64,000 nucleotides of DNA from Macrostomum lignano (lineage: Eukaryota), in the NCBI GenBank assembly GCA_002269645.1, contig NIVC01002249.1, positions 126,035-190,034 of the forward strand. The letters are read 5' to 3'. The position numbers and the translations under genes are program-made. Position 1 is the stretch's first letter; each line of letters starts with the position of its first letter. Below are positions 1 to 12,946 of the stretch, one piece after another. The notes below the pieces were generated by a model. It had not been told where the DNA came from, made no database searches, and saw only the letters and a list, made by a program, of their open reading frames with translations.

Positions 1-19
1 TACGATACGCTTCCATCCG

Positions 20-1480
20 TTGCTAGCAATGTTCGACTCACCGGCTCGTGCAGATGCGCTCCGCATGCGACGATGCACGGCTATCTACGGCTGCGAGAAG
101 TGCTACATTGCTACGCGTCTTCATCCTTCAGGCTCTGGGCGTGTCTTCGACGTCGGCTTAACGCCAGCAATGCAGAATGCTGCTCGACGTCTAGGTTGTC
201 TGCAAACTGTCCTGCGGAGCATGGCAGATACGCGCAGATTAGCGGAGCAACACCTAGCAGGTGCTCGGCACCAGAACACAGACACATTGGGTGTCCGAGG
301 CCACTCTCCGTTAGGACGCCTCCCGGGCTTTGACTTCATGCGCGGATGTCCGCCGTGTTATCTCCACCAGCTGCACCTAGGTCTGGTCCGGATGATAATG
401 TACCAATTATTCCTGGTGCGGGCCGAGAAGCCGGACCGAGGAGAAACTAATTGTCCGGACCTGCACCGGCTTCAACATCAGGTCGATGAGCCGCTGCTCC
501 GCATCCGGCTGCCCATCAACGTCCAACGACATTAAGTGCGTCCACTGAGTGACCTCCGCAATTTCCGTGGGCACGAGTTTGAAATGTGACTGATGGCTTA
601 CGGCCCCCTCGTTTTGGAAGCCGTCCTACCACCCGCCCACTACCAGCATCTGTTACTTCTTTCCGCTGCAGTGTTTTGGATGACTGCCGATTATGCGCCT
701 CTGTCTGAGTTGCGGCACGTAGAGATTGCATTGCGACACTTCCACGACAAACTGTATAGGTTGTACTCCTTAAGAGCACTAACCTATAATGCTCATCAGG
801 TGTGCTGCCACATGCTGACATACGTCCATCTGGCCGGCTCTGCGCACCGCCTATCGGCTGGAATTTTCGAAAGCACGCACTTGCGCCTGCATGGGACGCG
901 GCGCATCGACGTCGAGCTGGTTGGCGCCGTGGAGCGCCACATCGGCACCATCCAAGCGCGAGCGCGACTGATCGGGCACGGGGATCAGCAAGACGAAGAG
1001 GAATTATTCCGTCGAACAGAAGTACTCACCCTTCCAGATTTCGTGCTTCGTCGACCGAAGCGCTGGCAAGTCGGATGGCACAGTGCCACTCTGAAATCCG
1101 GTTGGACAATACGAATTTTCACTCCCGGATGTCAGGATGCGGCAGGCTTCGTGGCCATCGAAGGTGACACTACGACGGATTTCCGATTCTGCCGAGTGCA
1201 AACCATCGAATGTCAAGGTGAGCAGGTTAGGCTCGGACTGCTCGTACTGCCAGTTCTCGCGGCCGTCGACCCGCTGGAGGAACTAGCACAGGTTGCCACA
1301 ACGTCACCTAATCGAGGCTGTCGACTCGCGCACTTCCGAGTATTCGCATGCGATCCCTTCGGCGACTTGAGCTACCTCGGCGACCCGATTCATGTGGGGC
1401 TGCCACAGTTTCGTGGCGTCTGTGTCGTCACCGACACAAAAGTAGCTCTGCTGGCCCATCCGCAGTTGGGCTATTCGTAG
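20..1480 (+). pseudogene. EnSpm/CACTA-family transposase, inactivated
   Basis: ORFs 20-535 and 593-1480 share one frame, separated by stops at 533-535 and 587-589. Motifs FDSPARA..YGCEKC, YLHQLHLG, RPLSDLRNFRGHE, YGPLVL...HYQHLLLL, TYNAHQVCCH and IFES follow the CACTA transposase pattern. The second catalytic Asp position (D-x-x-H) reads C. Confidence 0.7.
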
Positions 1481-1505
1481 AGTCTGCTGGCGTCCGTGGC
1501 AATGG

Positions 1506-1559
1506 GATAACTGATTGACAGGCTGTGATAACTGATTGACAGGCTAGGATAACTGATTG
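1506..1559. repeat. 21-bp tandem repeat, about 2.5 copies (GATAACTGATTGACAGGCT core)
   Basis: Directly visible just after the transposase stop codon. Confidence 0.85.
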
Positions 1560-2588
1560 CCAGCACAAAACGTATTTTCCTTTCGTTTTTTCCTTACTTT
1601 ACGATTGGCAAAAAATAATCAAATTTCTATTATATTTTTTAACAAACTGTACTAGCCGTTTTAATTGTTAGCGATTTTGTAAAAATGTATATATATGCAC
1701 GTAATAGTAGATGCAATTAAACCAGAAAATTGAGTCCGGTTTCCAGAAGCATCTGGATGAGATGCTTTATGAGTCATATGTAGTGAAGTGATACATTTTG
1801 GCTCTAGAAAGTTCCCATCCAGATTGAATGTATTTTAACCAATGAATGCGCTCCAAATAGCAAAGCTGAGGACACGACCCTAACGTCAACCAATGAAAAG
1901 CAGTTATGTACCATCCAATGCGATTAAGACTGAAAAGTAGTATAAAAGCTCATGTTAACCAAGCAAGAAGCTCGCCTTTTCTCTCTTCCGCGCCTCTTCT
2001 CGCCCTCGCCTCTCTTTCGCCCTTCTCCTAGCCTACCTCTTTTGACTATTTTGATTGACACAGTTAGGGTGTCAACCCAAACGCTGAAACTAATTAATTG
2101 ACTCACTAAAGCTAAACCAACACCCAATTCACGTTCTACAATAGACTGAACCTTCGGTTCACCCGAACAATTAGAAACCCTTTGTAACTTAAGCTGAACG
2201 AGCTTCTTATTTGGAATTCCATCTTAGACACTATATTTTGTAAGATAACACCTCGAGATTGTGACCATCAAATACAACGGTCTGTAAGTTAACACCAAGT
2301 GTTTGCATCATCAGGAAAAGTCAGTTGAATCCGCCGCCTCAGTTATTTGGCTCTCACATTGATATTTGAAGTAGAACAAGAGCCATACTCGTAGAAGTGA
2401 GAGACCAGAACGATAACGATAACATACGTATATACGTATATAATTTTAAAATATTTCAGTAGCTTATTTACGTGTTACTTCCGTATACTATATTCACTTC
2501 ATTTTTGTTGTGTTCATATGCATAAGAATAAGAATATTCTTATAGGTGGTCAAAACCCTTTTCAGACTGACCCCATTGGATTTAAATC

Positions 2589-3372
2589 ATGTCGGATCGC
2601 CCCATAATTGACTGGCCAAAACTTTTCGACCGAATGATCGCTGACGGGGATGCCCGTGCCAACGTCGACTTCGATGACGGCAGCGACACCACAATCGGTG
2701 GTCACTCTCCCGGCCCGCCACCAACGTCGACTCAGGCTGCGTCCCAGTCTCTGCTTACTGCTTCTACAGCCTTTACTTGGCCGCTGCATGACGGTCCCAA
2801 GGCCAACGTCGACTCCGATGACGGCAGCGACACCACAATCGGTGGTCACTCTCCCGGCCCGCCACCAACGTCGACTCAGGCTGCGTCCCAGTCTCTGCTT
2901 ACTGCTTCTACAGCCTTTACTTGGCCGCTGCATGACGGTCCCAAGGCCAACGTCGACTCCGATGACGGCAGCGACACCACAATCGGTGGTCACTCTCCCG
3001 GCCCGCCACCAACGTCGACCCGCGCGCGAGCCACTGCTGAGTCCAAGTATACGTGGGATGACTACAACCGGCTACCACCGGCTGCTCCACCGTCATTTGA
3101 GTCGAGGCGTTGGGACGAGCGACGCCTACTACCTGCGCAAACTTGCCCGGACTGCGCCTCATGGTAAGCGGAGCTGTCGCCGACTAGCCGAGCACGCCGC
3201 TTAGCGCTGCACGGCCGCCACCGACACAGGCGGATCGTGCAAGCGCTAAACTTCTTCGCGATTGAAATGCCGCCATCACCACCTCCCGTACCGTTGGATC
3301 AATTGAAAGTGAGGAAGCGGCGTCGAAGGCCGCTTCGGGGTCTGTCACCGAGACCCCGCACTGAATACGAGT
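2589..3372 (+). pseudogene. Transposon accessory ORF B with internal 144-bp (48-aa) repeat, interrupted by a stop
   Basis: ORF 2589-3167 continues in the same frame after TAA (AELSPTSRARRLALH...RKRRRRP...EYE*). About 2.5 copies of a 144-bp unit at 2657-3019. CxxC motif (CPDC). No recognisable family. Confidence 0.4.
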
Positions 3373-3690
3373 GACTACTGCGATTGATGGACTGGAGACT
3401 GCCTCAATTGATGGATTGATGACATTGAGATGATGATGACATTGAGATGATGGACGTTAGACATGCACGTTTGTATGTATACCAGCATATGCTGATAAAT
3501 ACACAAGGCCTTGTTGCCGGCACAATTTGTACGGACTTTTTGATTGAGGAGGAAACCGACAGCCTTAATTGTTACTCTTGAGTCCAGGCCTAGTTAAAGG
3601 AACGTACGAGTACAATTACATTTCACCCATGTGAACACAGAACACAGTATTGACACAAAAAACTCACCTTTTTCAGCTGCCCTAATCCTA

Positions 3691-4875
3691 ATGGGCACAG
3701 GAAAGAAGACTACTGCCGTAGTCGGCAAGTCGAAATCAAATTCCACGTCCACTTCAAAGTCGAAGTCGAAGCCGACCTCCAAATCAGCTCCAACAAAGGC
3801 GCCGTCGAGTAAGTCTGGTGGAAAGAAGCGCAAAGCTGTGACTGATGACGATGAGTCATTGAGTCAATTTCTCGGTCGTACTGCCGAAAAATCATGTCGA
3901 CTGCAGGATCCGCTATTGTCAGCCATCGAAGATACTGACACCATGTCTGCTGCACAGACTTCGGGCCCTTCTTCGTCTGCTGTCGCAGAGGGCACCCAAC
4001 GGGATGACGTTTTCATACAGCATGACATGGTGCCCTACGAACGTGAAGCGGTACCGCGATTCTTTATTTTTAAGTACTCCAACTATTTCGAAAAAAACAG
4101 ACGTTTTCAGCACGCGCGATGACATTGTTGGACGCAAACGCGAGTTCCCGAGTAACGTCGTCGATGTCGGCAGCGAAGTCTTAATTGTCGTCGCTAAGGC
4201 GAACAGGACGGCCGCGAAAAAATGGCTCGGGACACTAGTACGTGGGCCGTTCGCTTCCAGAAGCATCGCGACCGGCACAGCGGTCCTAGGAAACGTACAC
4301 GCTCAGCCATCGGAACTTCCACGTGCCTGTGCATCCTGCCGGACGTTTGCTATAGAGAACGAGCGACAGTCGTCGCTTATAGACACCCTGCGTGAGTGCC
4401 ATCAATTGTTGGTCGTTACTTGTGCACTTTCAGGTAGGGTATAGTGCCTTTTTTGTTTGAACCACCGCATACTTTTCTAGGGAGCCAGTTACAGCACAGC
4501 ACAGTTGAAGAAACGAATCAGCGAGAAAGCGTCCGACTATTAACGGAGCAGCTTCGTGTCGCGAATCGTATGGAGCGGACGCTTTTACGCCAACTGGAGG
4601 ACGAGCAGCATCGTAACGTGCTGCTGGTCAGCAGCATGCAGCAGTGCAACTCGCTGCTTATTCAGGGGTCAGAGCTGCTTTCCCAGAATGCCCGCGAAGT
4701 CTCTCAGCCAACCCTCTCGAATACAACAGCTGCATCTGACGCCAATGACGCCGATGACGGCGAAGATGCCAGAGAGGTCGAAATGCGGCATCTGGAGGGG
4801 GGGCGATCAGAGCGCCATGGACGGCACAGTCAGCTGCGGCGACTTTTGAACATACTTTTGGCCAGTCAGAAGTGA
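3691..4875 (+). CDS. Transposon accessory ORF C, spliced, with Lys/Ser-rich N-terminus and coiled-coil-like C-terminus; one apparent frameshift
   Basis: MGTGKKT... (ATG 3691) joins ORF 4004-4444 through a frameshift, probably in the A-run near 4090. A short GT..AG intron (about 4433-4480) leads into the Q/E/R-rich helical ORF 4444-4875. Confidence 0.45.
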
Positions 4876-5159
4876 TTTTAAATTCCCGCATTTATGCGCC
4901 TAGATGACTAGCGACTATGCGTCTACTGACTGTATTCTACAACATCTTTGGAATAAAAAAAACAGAGGAGTATATTGATCTTGTAGGTGATTTGGAACAG
5001 TTTGATGAATTGCAAGATGGAACGTTACATAGTTTGTATTAACACTAACTGACAATTGTCTTACTTCTTTAATCTTCACGGTCGGTATCCGTTGACAGAA
5101 GCGCACTGTAGATGTTTTACTAAGTCGGCACTACATATTTCCGAGATGAAGGGTTTTTC

Positions 5160-5881
5160 GTCCGGTTTGATCGTCGTGTCGCTTTCGTTAGGTTTTAGTC
5201 TGATTTTGCTCCGGATATTCGTCCGGTTGGGTCGTTGTGTCGCTTTCGTTAGGTTTTAGTCTGATTTTGCTCCGGATATTCGTCCGGTTGGGTCGTCGTG
5301 TCGCTTTCGTTAGGTTTTAGTCTGATTTTGCTCCGGATATTCGTCCGGTTGGGTCGTTGTGTCGCTTTCGTTAGGTTTTAGTCTGATTTTGCTCCGGATA
5401 TTCGTCCGGTTGGGTCGTCGTGTCGCTTTCGTTAGGTTTTAGTCTGATTTTGCTCCGGATATTCGTCCGGTTGGGTCGTTGTGTCGCTTTCGTTAGGTTT
5501 TAGTCTGATTTTGCTCCGGATATTCGTCCGGTTGGGTCGTCGTGTCGCTTTCGTTAGGTTTTAGTCTGATTTTGCTCCGGATATTCGTCCGGTTGGGTCG
5601 TCGTGTCGCTTTCGTTAGGTTTTAGTCTGATTTTGCTCCGGATATTCGTCCGGTTGGGTCGTTGTGTCGCTTTCGTTAGGTTTTAGTCTGATTTTGCTCC
5701 GGATATTCGTCCGGTTGGGTCGTCGTGTCGCTTTCGTTAGGTTTTAGTCTGATTTTGCTCCGGATATTCGTCCGGTTGGGTCGTTGTGTCGCTTTCGTTA
5801 GGTTTTAGTCTGATTTTGCTCCGGATATTCGTCCGGTTGGGTCGTTGTGTCGCTTTCGTTAGGTTTTAGTCTGATTTTGCC
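5160..5881. repeat. 61-bp tandem array, about 12 copies (subterminal repeat of the CACTA-like element)
   Basis: Unit GTCCGGTTGGGTCGYTGTGTCGCTTTCGTTAGGTTTTAGTCTGATTTTGCTCCGGATATTC, near-identical copies, no spacers. Confidence 0.95.
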
Positions 5882-6241
5882 TCGGTTATTTGCCGGGTTC
5901 TGCTATTGCACTTTCATCCGGTCATTTGTCGGGTTTTATTCAGGGTACTCATCATTTTGAGTAGCCGAAGAGAAACCCGAGAAAATACATGATGTCCTCT
6001 ACGAAATTCCTGACGAACAACCAGACGAAACTGCCGTCTTCGTCCGTTTTCGAGACCACTTTCCCGAGGATTTTCGGGTTTTTAGATAGGAAAAAATGTA
6101 TTACAAACCGGGAAAAAATCCCGATCGCCTACCGGGCGAAAAACCTGATCAGATGGCCACACGGGGAATTTCAAAACTAAGCGGCTAGACCAAAGATTGT
6201 AAAACAGTGAAAAGTGCAGCCTCAATAAATAGGCAATTCAC

Positions 6242-6618
6242 CTATTATAAGCAGCCTCCAGCTCGGCGCAGTGCCTCTCCTCAAACTGCCACCAGCCGTT
6301 GCGACCTTCGTAGTACCAGCCGCGCTGTCTGCATGCCGGGTCAGACGCGCAATCGACAGAATCAGCGGCCGCCGCCTCGGCGTTACCACTGGCAACGAGG
6401 ACGCCAACGCTAGACGCGGCGGCCGACTCCTGCGGCAGGCGGGGTCGGGCGAAAAAATCGGCAGGTATCCGCGACCGGCACAGGGGGCAGCGCATCGAAC
6501 GGAGGGCGGCGCCTTTGATGCACAGGAAGCAGAAGCGGTGGGGGCAGGCCGGCAGGGACACGGGGTGCACCATAGGGCTAAGACACACGGCGCATTCATC
6601 ACATGATGCTGCAGCCAT
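6242..6618 (-). CDS. RNF146: E3 ubiquitin ligase RNF146/Iduna-like, first coding exon (RING + start of WWE domain)
   Basis: CAVCLSPMVHPVSLPACPHRFCFLCIKG...CPLCR is a RING finger, followed by WYYEGRNGWWQFEERHCAELEAAY, the RNF146-type WWE start. ATG at 6618, donor AG|GTGAAT at 6241. Downstream exons are outside the window. Confidence 0.85.
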
Positions 6619-6960
6619 GCCAACAGCAGGTTTGTTACTATGCTCCTGAGTATGCATGAAGTGAAAAACATTTGTCTGATCTTATACTTTTATAAAATAA
6701 ATTTTATATAAGCGATCTTGCATGCACATTAGGGAGCCAACAATTTAAGTAAAGTATCTTTTTTTCTTTGAATTTTCTCGTTTTATGGCTACTGTGCGAA
6801 ATTGCATTTACCATTCATTTTAATTAAACCAATCAATCATTTTAGAGGCTATATCCTATATACTATAGCTCAATATGAGTTAATACTAGCAATCCAGTCC
6901 ATTTGGGGAGTGCAAAAATGAAAATGAAAATATGGCTGAAAATATTAAAGAATGGACCCA

Positions 6961-7320
6961 TGCTTCCAGTTAGCCTTGACATCTCAGCAATTCTCCCAGT
7001 AAGCCTTGACATCTCAACAATCCCCCGTAAGCCTTAACATCCCAGCAATTCCCCCCATAAGCCTTGAAATCCCAGCAATTCCCCCCATAAGCCTTGACAT
7101 CTTAGCAATTCCCTCAATAAGCCATGACATCTTAGAAATTTTCCCACTAAGCCTTGGAGTTAGCAATTTCCACAAAAGCCTTAACATCCCAGCAACTCCC
7201 CTAGCTATAAGCCTTGACATCCCAGCAATTCCCCACAAGCCTTGACATCTCAGCAAATCCCTCCATAAGCCTCGAAATCTCAGCAGTTCTCCCAGTAAGT
7301 CTTGACATATTAGCAATTTC
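6961..7320. repeat. Degenerate ~30-bp minisatellite (AAGCCTTGACATCCCAGCAATTCCCCC core)
   Basis: About 11 diverged tandem copies. Confidence 0.85.
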
Positions 7321-9369
7321 CCTTGCTAAAATGTTTTTTTAAGTTCTACAAGATGCTTCATTTATGTTTGAAATTATGCTTCTTTTATGTTAAGCATAAT
7401 AATTTTTTTATATGGTGATCCTTTTGTAAGCTTTAATCATGAAGCTTAAAAAAATTATTCTACTAAAATTCAAACCCAGTCACTGCTGTAGCAGCTTTGT
7501 CTATTTGCATCTGGGCTAGCTTTCATTGATCAATATGCTTGTACATAAATTGTAGCACTTATAATTCAATACTCAAATCACATCAGTTAGAGTAAAAGTC
7601 ATGATGTAATTTATTTCTCATTCAGTCAGTGTCAATCACAATAATGCAATCTATTTCAGAATACAACCAGTCAGTTTTTTCTCTAGCATTCTTACGATGC
7701 ATTTCAAGTCAAAAGAGCTGCTTGACTGTTTCCAAAAAAGCATGTTTTTTTTTAATATTTAATTCCTTTAGCATTGAGCAATTTCTTGGCCATGACCCAT
7801 GTACCGTCACAGAAAATTTTTGATTGAATGGTGCAAGTTTAGTGAAAATTGGTTGAGCCATTTTTTTATTATTGATTGCATAGACAGACAAACAGACATA
7901 GACAGCTTAGATTTAGATATAAAGATTTAATCCAAAGTCATTTAATTCAAAGTCAAAGCATAGGCCCCAATATTTATATAATAGGCATTTATAATTATAT
8001 TCCTAATTTAATAAAATTTAGGCCCTATATAAAACATAGAAAGCCTTTATACCTAATATGGCCTAGATCTAAGTTTAATTTTGGTATAAATATTTTGACC
8101 AAATGTCAAATAATATGAATTGTACAAAACATTAAACTAAAATAAAAAAGCCATGCTTTTTGCAAATAGGCCCTAGTGATAATGAGAATCTAGTGAGAAG
8201 CAATTTAAGTTTTGTATACATAAAATATAATATTAATTTTTTTGTCCTAGGCTTCTAATCAAATAAAAGTATTGACAAAAATATTTTAATTTACCCTAGC
8301 CAAGCATAGACTGCCCAACTATAATACAAAAATAAAACTTGCCAAAGGTACCTTTCTTAATGAATAAATATATGTTAACTAGGCCTAGAGCAAATAAAAT
8401 ATATATAATATATTATTGATTTATACAATAATGTAATGTGACTGACAGTATGCTTTTTGTTTTGCTATTTTTAACATTTTGTTTGCAGCTTGGGTAGGGT
8501 GAGATTGGGATTTCACTTTAGCACTTTTGGTTGGTAGGGCCTAGGCCTATCCTATGATTTTAAGAAAGTGTCAAAATGAGGTTGGTATGATTGCTATCTT
8601 AGTCTAGTAGGCCTATGTATAAGCCCATTACTGCAAATAAACATTAACTATTTGTTATCTGGATCCTGTCTATTGTGGACTAGGCCTACCTTTTTGACCC
8701 ATAGAAATCAAGTTAGGCCTCATTGCTTGCATTATTATAAAATGTATTATAGGCGCATTGCTTACTATCTTAAAAAATGGTATAAGACCAAGATAGTCAC
8801 AGCATTAAATCTCTGTTATATCTACTCTTTCTCTCTGTATCATTAATTAGCAACTTAATAGCTATTGTAATATTAACTAATATGTTTAATCAATCATAAT
8901 ATTTATAAATACTGATGGGAGGCTCACTTAGGCTACAATAATAGATTTGAAATGAATTACCCATATTACCCAAAACTAATACCCAAAACTAATACAAAAC
9001 TTTAATCTTTTTCTGTGTTTGTGCCAATTTATTGCATCTATTAATTAAATCTATCACTAGGCCCCACTATTAGTTTATCAAGAAACCAATGCTATACAAA
9101 ATAGGATATAAATGCAACAAGGTATTTATTTTGTGCTAGGTTACTTGCTTTATGTAGTAGATAAATATAGGTCAGGCTATAATAAAAGCTAAAGCCAAAG
9201 GGAATGTTCTTAATTTAAAATAATTCTATTATAGTATCTATCCCCCCAAGACTTAAAGATCTATAGTATGATATAGTATATCTAATACAAATTAATACCA
9301 ACAAGAAATGAGTGCATATATATAGGGCCTACATAGACTTATTATTATCTATTTATAAATTTAGAGCTG

Positions 9370-9396
9370 CGGCCATCTTGGTGTGTGGCCATCTTG
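9370..9396 (-). promoter_or_regulatory. Tandem YY1-like motifs (AAGATGGCC x2), candidate RNF146 promoter/5'UTR
   Basis: Two GGCCATCTTG copies on the plus strand, at the boundary where CpGs reappear, about 2.8 kb upstream of the RNF146 ATG. Function is inferred only. Confidence 0.3.
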
Positions 9397-12300
9397 GTCA
9401 TGCGCCTAAAATAGTATCTTGCATAATCTAGCTAAGATTACATTACTTATTATTAAACTGTGTGGGATTAGCAAAGCCTGTGTCATGTAGAACTTATAAA
9501 ATTTTAATTTAATGACATGAATGTAGTTATATGCACGCACGAAACTACGCTACATCGGTGCGAACATAAAGAATGCTGAATGAGTCACAATAAAAAATAA
9601 AAATGAGAATTAGGGTCGTTCTCAAAGTTTAGTCGTAAGCAGTGAAACAAATATTTTTGAAAATCAGCCTGAAATATTGAATCTTTTCTTATTTTAGCTC
9701 TAAAAGGACTTAAAAAATATATGCCTCTCATGGGTCTTAATCTTTTTTAACATTGAACTTTTGATGTTAATCTCATCAGAGTGCGCTATTTCATTTTTCG
9801 ATATATATTTTTATTATCGCACGAGCTATAATACCCACTTTAGAGAAGCTACATTCTGTTCACGTGGTCTTATTAAAGAAGAAAATTGATAAATGTTATT
9901 TATAACTTTGGTTAACACAACCTAGAACCCATTTAACTCTTTCGATTGCAAAGCAGATGTTGCTATTTCGATTTTTGCTGGAAACGTAACATTATGAATG
10001 ATTAAAAAATTCACTTTTAATTAATTTGTTCTGTTGATAGAATAAGCTAATAGCTGCGTTTTCTGCTGTTTTTTTTAAGAAAGATAGTCATATCTAACAC
10101 TAAAGTATCAATTAAGGCAGTTTCATTCTATATTAAAAAAGAAAAGTTAAATAAATTCAATTTTAAGTTTTTTTCAATAGCACAAAATTAACCTAACAAA
10201 GAGAGATTTCGCTGACTACAACAAAGCAAGTAGCACCAAAGTTATTTTAATTTAAAGTCCTCATCTGTGGGATGAGAAAAAGTACCACTTTTTTGTCTCT
10301 AGTTATGAAAAAAAAATTTCTCAGCATATTGTTAGGTTTTTTGGATGTTTTTTATGTACGCTCGTATTTAGATGAATTTTTGCTATTAATCACCCAATAT
10401 GTTAGTCAGAACAAACAGAATTTCATTTATGTAGATAGAATTGACTATTTTTCTCTTAAAAACAGTCGTTTTTTGTTGTTTTCACACAATTTTTTTAACT
10501 GATTTAAAATTTGTATTGTAAGTTACAAGTAAACATAATGAGTCAAAACAAGAGGTAGTAGAAACTGAAAAGAAAATAAGAGTAACGAATAATAAAAAAG
10601 TTGCATGATTTGATTAGTCAAGAAATAGTATAAAAACAATTTTGCATCTGATTTATTATCTATGAAATTAGCTGTCTGAAGCACAAAAAATTAATTTCTT
10701 TGAAACATTAAATTCATTCTCATATGTTCTGCAATTCATTAAAGATATATATGTAGCAACTTAAACATTCAGTTGATACTTTCCACCTTTGGATGCATAT
10801 AGCTACTAACAAGAAAAAAGACAAAAGAAAAAACTTAATTGCCATTGATGCTGGCAATGTAATATTAAATATGGTACAGAAAGATGGAATCTCTACAGAG
10901 TGCTGCCACACGAATTTGTGAAGTGTTTAACAGATTAGTCATGGCAGTACCATAACAGACATACTATATTTTATATTACTCTTCGATTGACAATTACGCT
11001 TTAGATATGTTTTAGATGATGATTTTCCATTGGGACTGACTCTATATACCGAGGCCAGACACAGTTAAGTGCGGCTGACAGCACTGAAGCGGCGGTTAAC
11101 AGAGAATGCGATGAGCTGTGGCCTGTGGAGACAGCCAGCTGATGTACGAGCATCAGTAAAAGGGAAAGACATCCAATAGTGTCTTGCTATTGGTTTGTTA
11201 CATGTACAGCGAACATCTACTTTTATTCTAATGTGATCGATTTAATTCTACTGACCCAATTGGCTAAAGCACTGTAAACTGCACACCTCTCGGACGGATA
11301 TGTAATGCCATTTGCTGCACTTTTACCTGTTTCTCTGCCAGAACACCAGCATCATTGTATGTGCCACAATGCTAAGATGTGCAGTGGTCCTTTGGATGTG
11401 GTTAGTTCTGCAGGCATCGACGTAATTTATCAAATGAGACGAATTGTATACCGAGCATGACAGCTAGTGCAGGGCCAGAATCGATTACAGAGGTTCGCCA
11501 GAGCAATTGCAGTGATCCATGTGGCTGCCGAGTCAGACGTCTGTAATAGGCTAATTAACTTACCAAGACCAAAGTATTTAATTTAAATTTATAAGCTGCT
11601 CTTTTAGTAGTTATGCAGCATAAGAAAATAGTATAGTAAAATAGTAAAATAGTATTAAAGCTATGTTGCAGAATATAAATGCTTGCTGAATTATTTTAAA
11701 AAAAAACGCAAGTCTATTCGAAAAAAGATACATGCATTTTAGGTTTTAAAAGAAATGGCTTCCTAGCTCGTTTACTATATATATTCTAATTCAAAAAAAC
11801 TTTTAATGCTTTAAAAGACATATTTTGCAAGCCTAATTTTTAGCTAAACCAGTTTTGTATATTTTAAGCATCATATTTCGGTGTTTAAGTACAATATTAA
11901 ATTCTTGAGTGGTACAATATCAATTATTTCGGGTGTTTCTTGTTACGCGATAATTTTAAATACAAGCAATTTATACGAAAAAAACAAAATGTTGATTTAA
12001 AAATAACATTTTCTATTGAAATAATACTTATTAAATAGTAAACATAGAATAAAAGATGTATCTAATTTATAAAAAAATAAAAGAAAACTTGCATTATTTC
12101 ACAATTTTTGGTCGTTTTATTTTCCGTTGCGAAAAATAACAAATTGCTAGATTTCGTCTTAAATATTTGGTTTCTTGTGGTTTTAACGGCAGTTTTTTAA
12201 TTAAATTGACGAAAGAATCGTTTTTGCAAAATAATTACTTTATTCAAAAACTTTTTTTTCTGTACCAAAACATCATGACCTTAATTTGAGAACTACCCAT

Positions 12301-12946
12301 TATAATGAAGATAGATTGCAATTTTGAATACTGCACATAGTTTTAGACGGGTAAAGCAAAAAATTGCTATTATTTGAAATCAAATACTAGAAGTCTAATG
12401 CGCTATTTGTTAATTAGATTTTTAATTAGTTTCATTTTGACTTGCTGACGCCCTTTTTTACTGACAGCTGCTGTGGCTTTTGAAGACGGCACATTCCCTG
12501 TTCGCCTGTACCCCATCATGGGTTCAATCCAAGGACTACTTAATAGTAATATACTACTATATTACTATTATTACTATTACTGCTACTACTCGAAGCATAT
12601 ATGGCTGATTTTCTCGCCCTCCGATCAACAGGCGGAATATAGCCGCACTGTAGGCACTAGGACTAGGTTTAGGCTAGGCGTAAGGTCCCAGTCTTAGGCT
12701 AAGGGCTAGGCGTGGGAAGCCTCCGACTTCTATCCCTGACGTCGGAAGTCGTGACTTTTTCGGAGCAGATTTTTATTGATTGTTGTTCTTTAACAATCAA
12801 GTGTTCTAATTATGTAAGTTATTTTGACAATTGTATTTATTGACTACCTAGCTTGCTTATTTTTATTTACTGAATTGTTCTTAATGTAGTTACTTTGCTG
12901 CCAGTCATCAGATATTTTGCCTTTCATGTGCATGTTACGGTTACAG

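Larger units (their letters stand above)
1..6209 (+). mobile_element. CACTA/EnSpm (CMC)-like DNA transposon, right portion, decayed, inside an RNF146 intron
   Basis: Contains an EnSpm-type transposase remnant (20-1480), two further ORF regions and a 61-bp subterminal tandem array. It ends at a candidate CAGTG terminus (6205-6209, reverse complement CACTG), about 30 bp inside the RNF146 intron. The left end lies outside the window, so the TIR pair and TSD cannot be confirmed. Confidence 0.6.

Noticed and set aside
5160-5881. CRISPR-like appearance of the 61-bp, 62-bp and 87-bp arrays
   Set aside because: Head-to-tail units without unique spacers, no cas genes, eukaryotic context.
11360-11420. 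Possible signal-peptide exon (MLRCAVVLWMWLVLQAST|GTAATT) for the lectin gene
   Set aside because: Too short to support without transcript evidence.
9613-12298. Possible old TIR pair GGGTCGTTCTCAAA / TTTGAGAACTACCC, 2.7 kb apart
   Set aside because: Only 13/14 bp, no TSD and no internal transposase; could be chance or unrelated relics.
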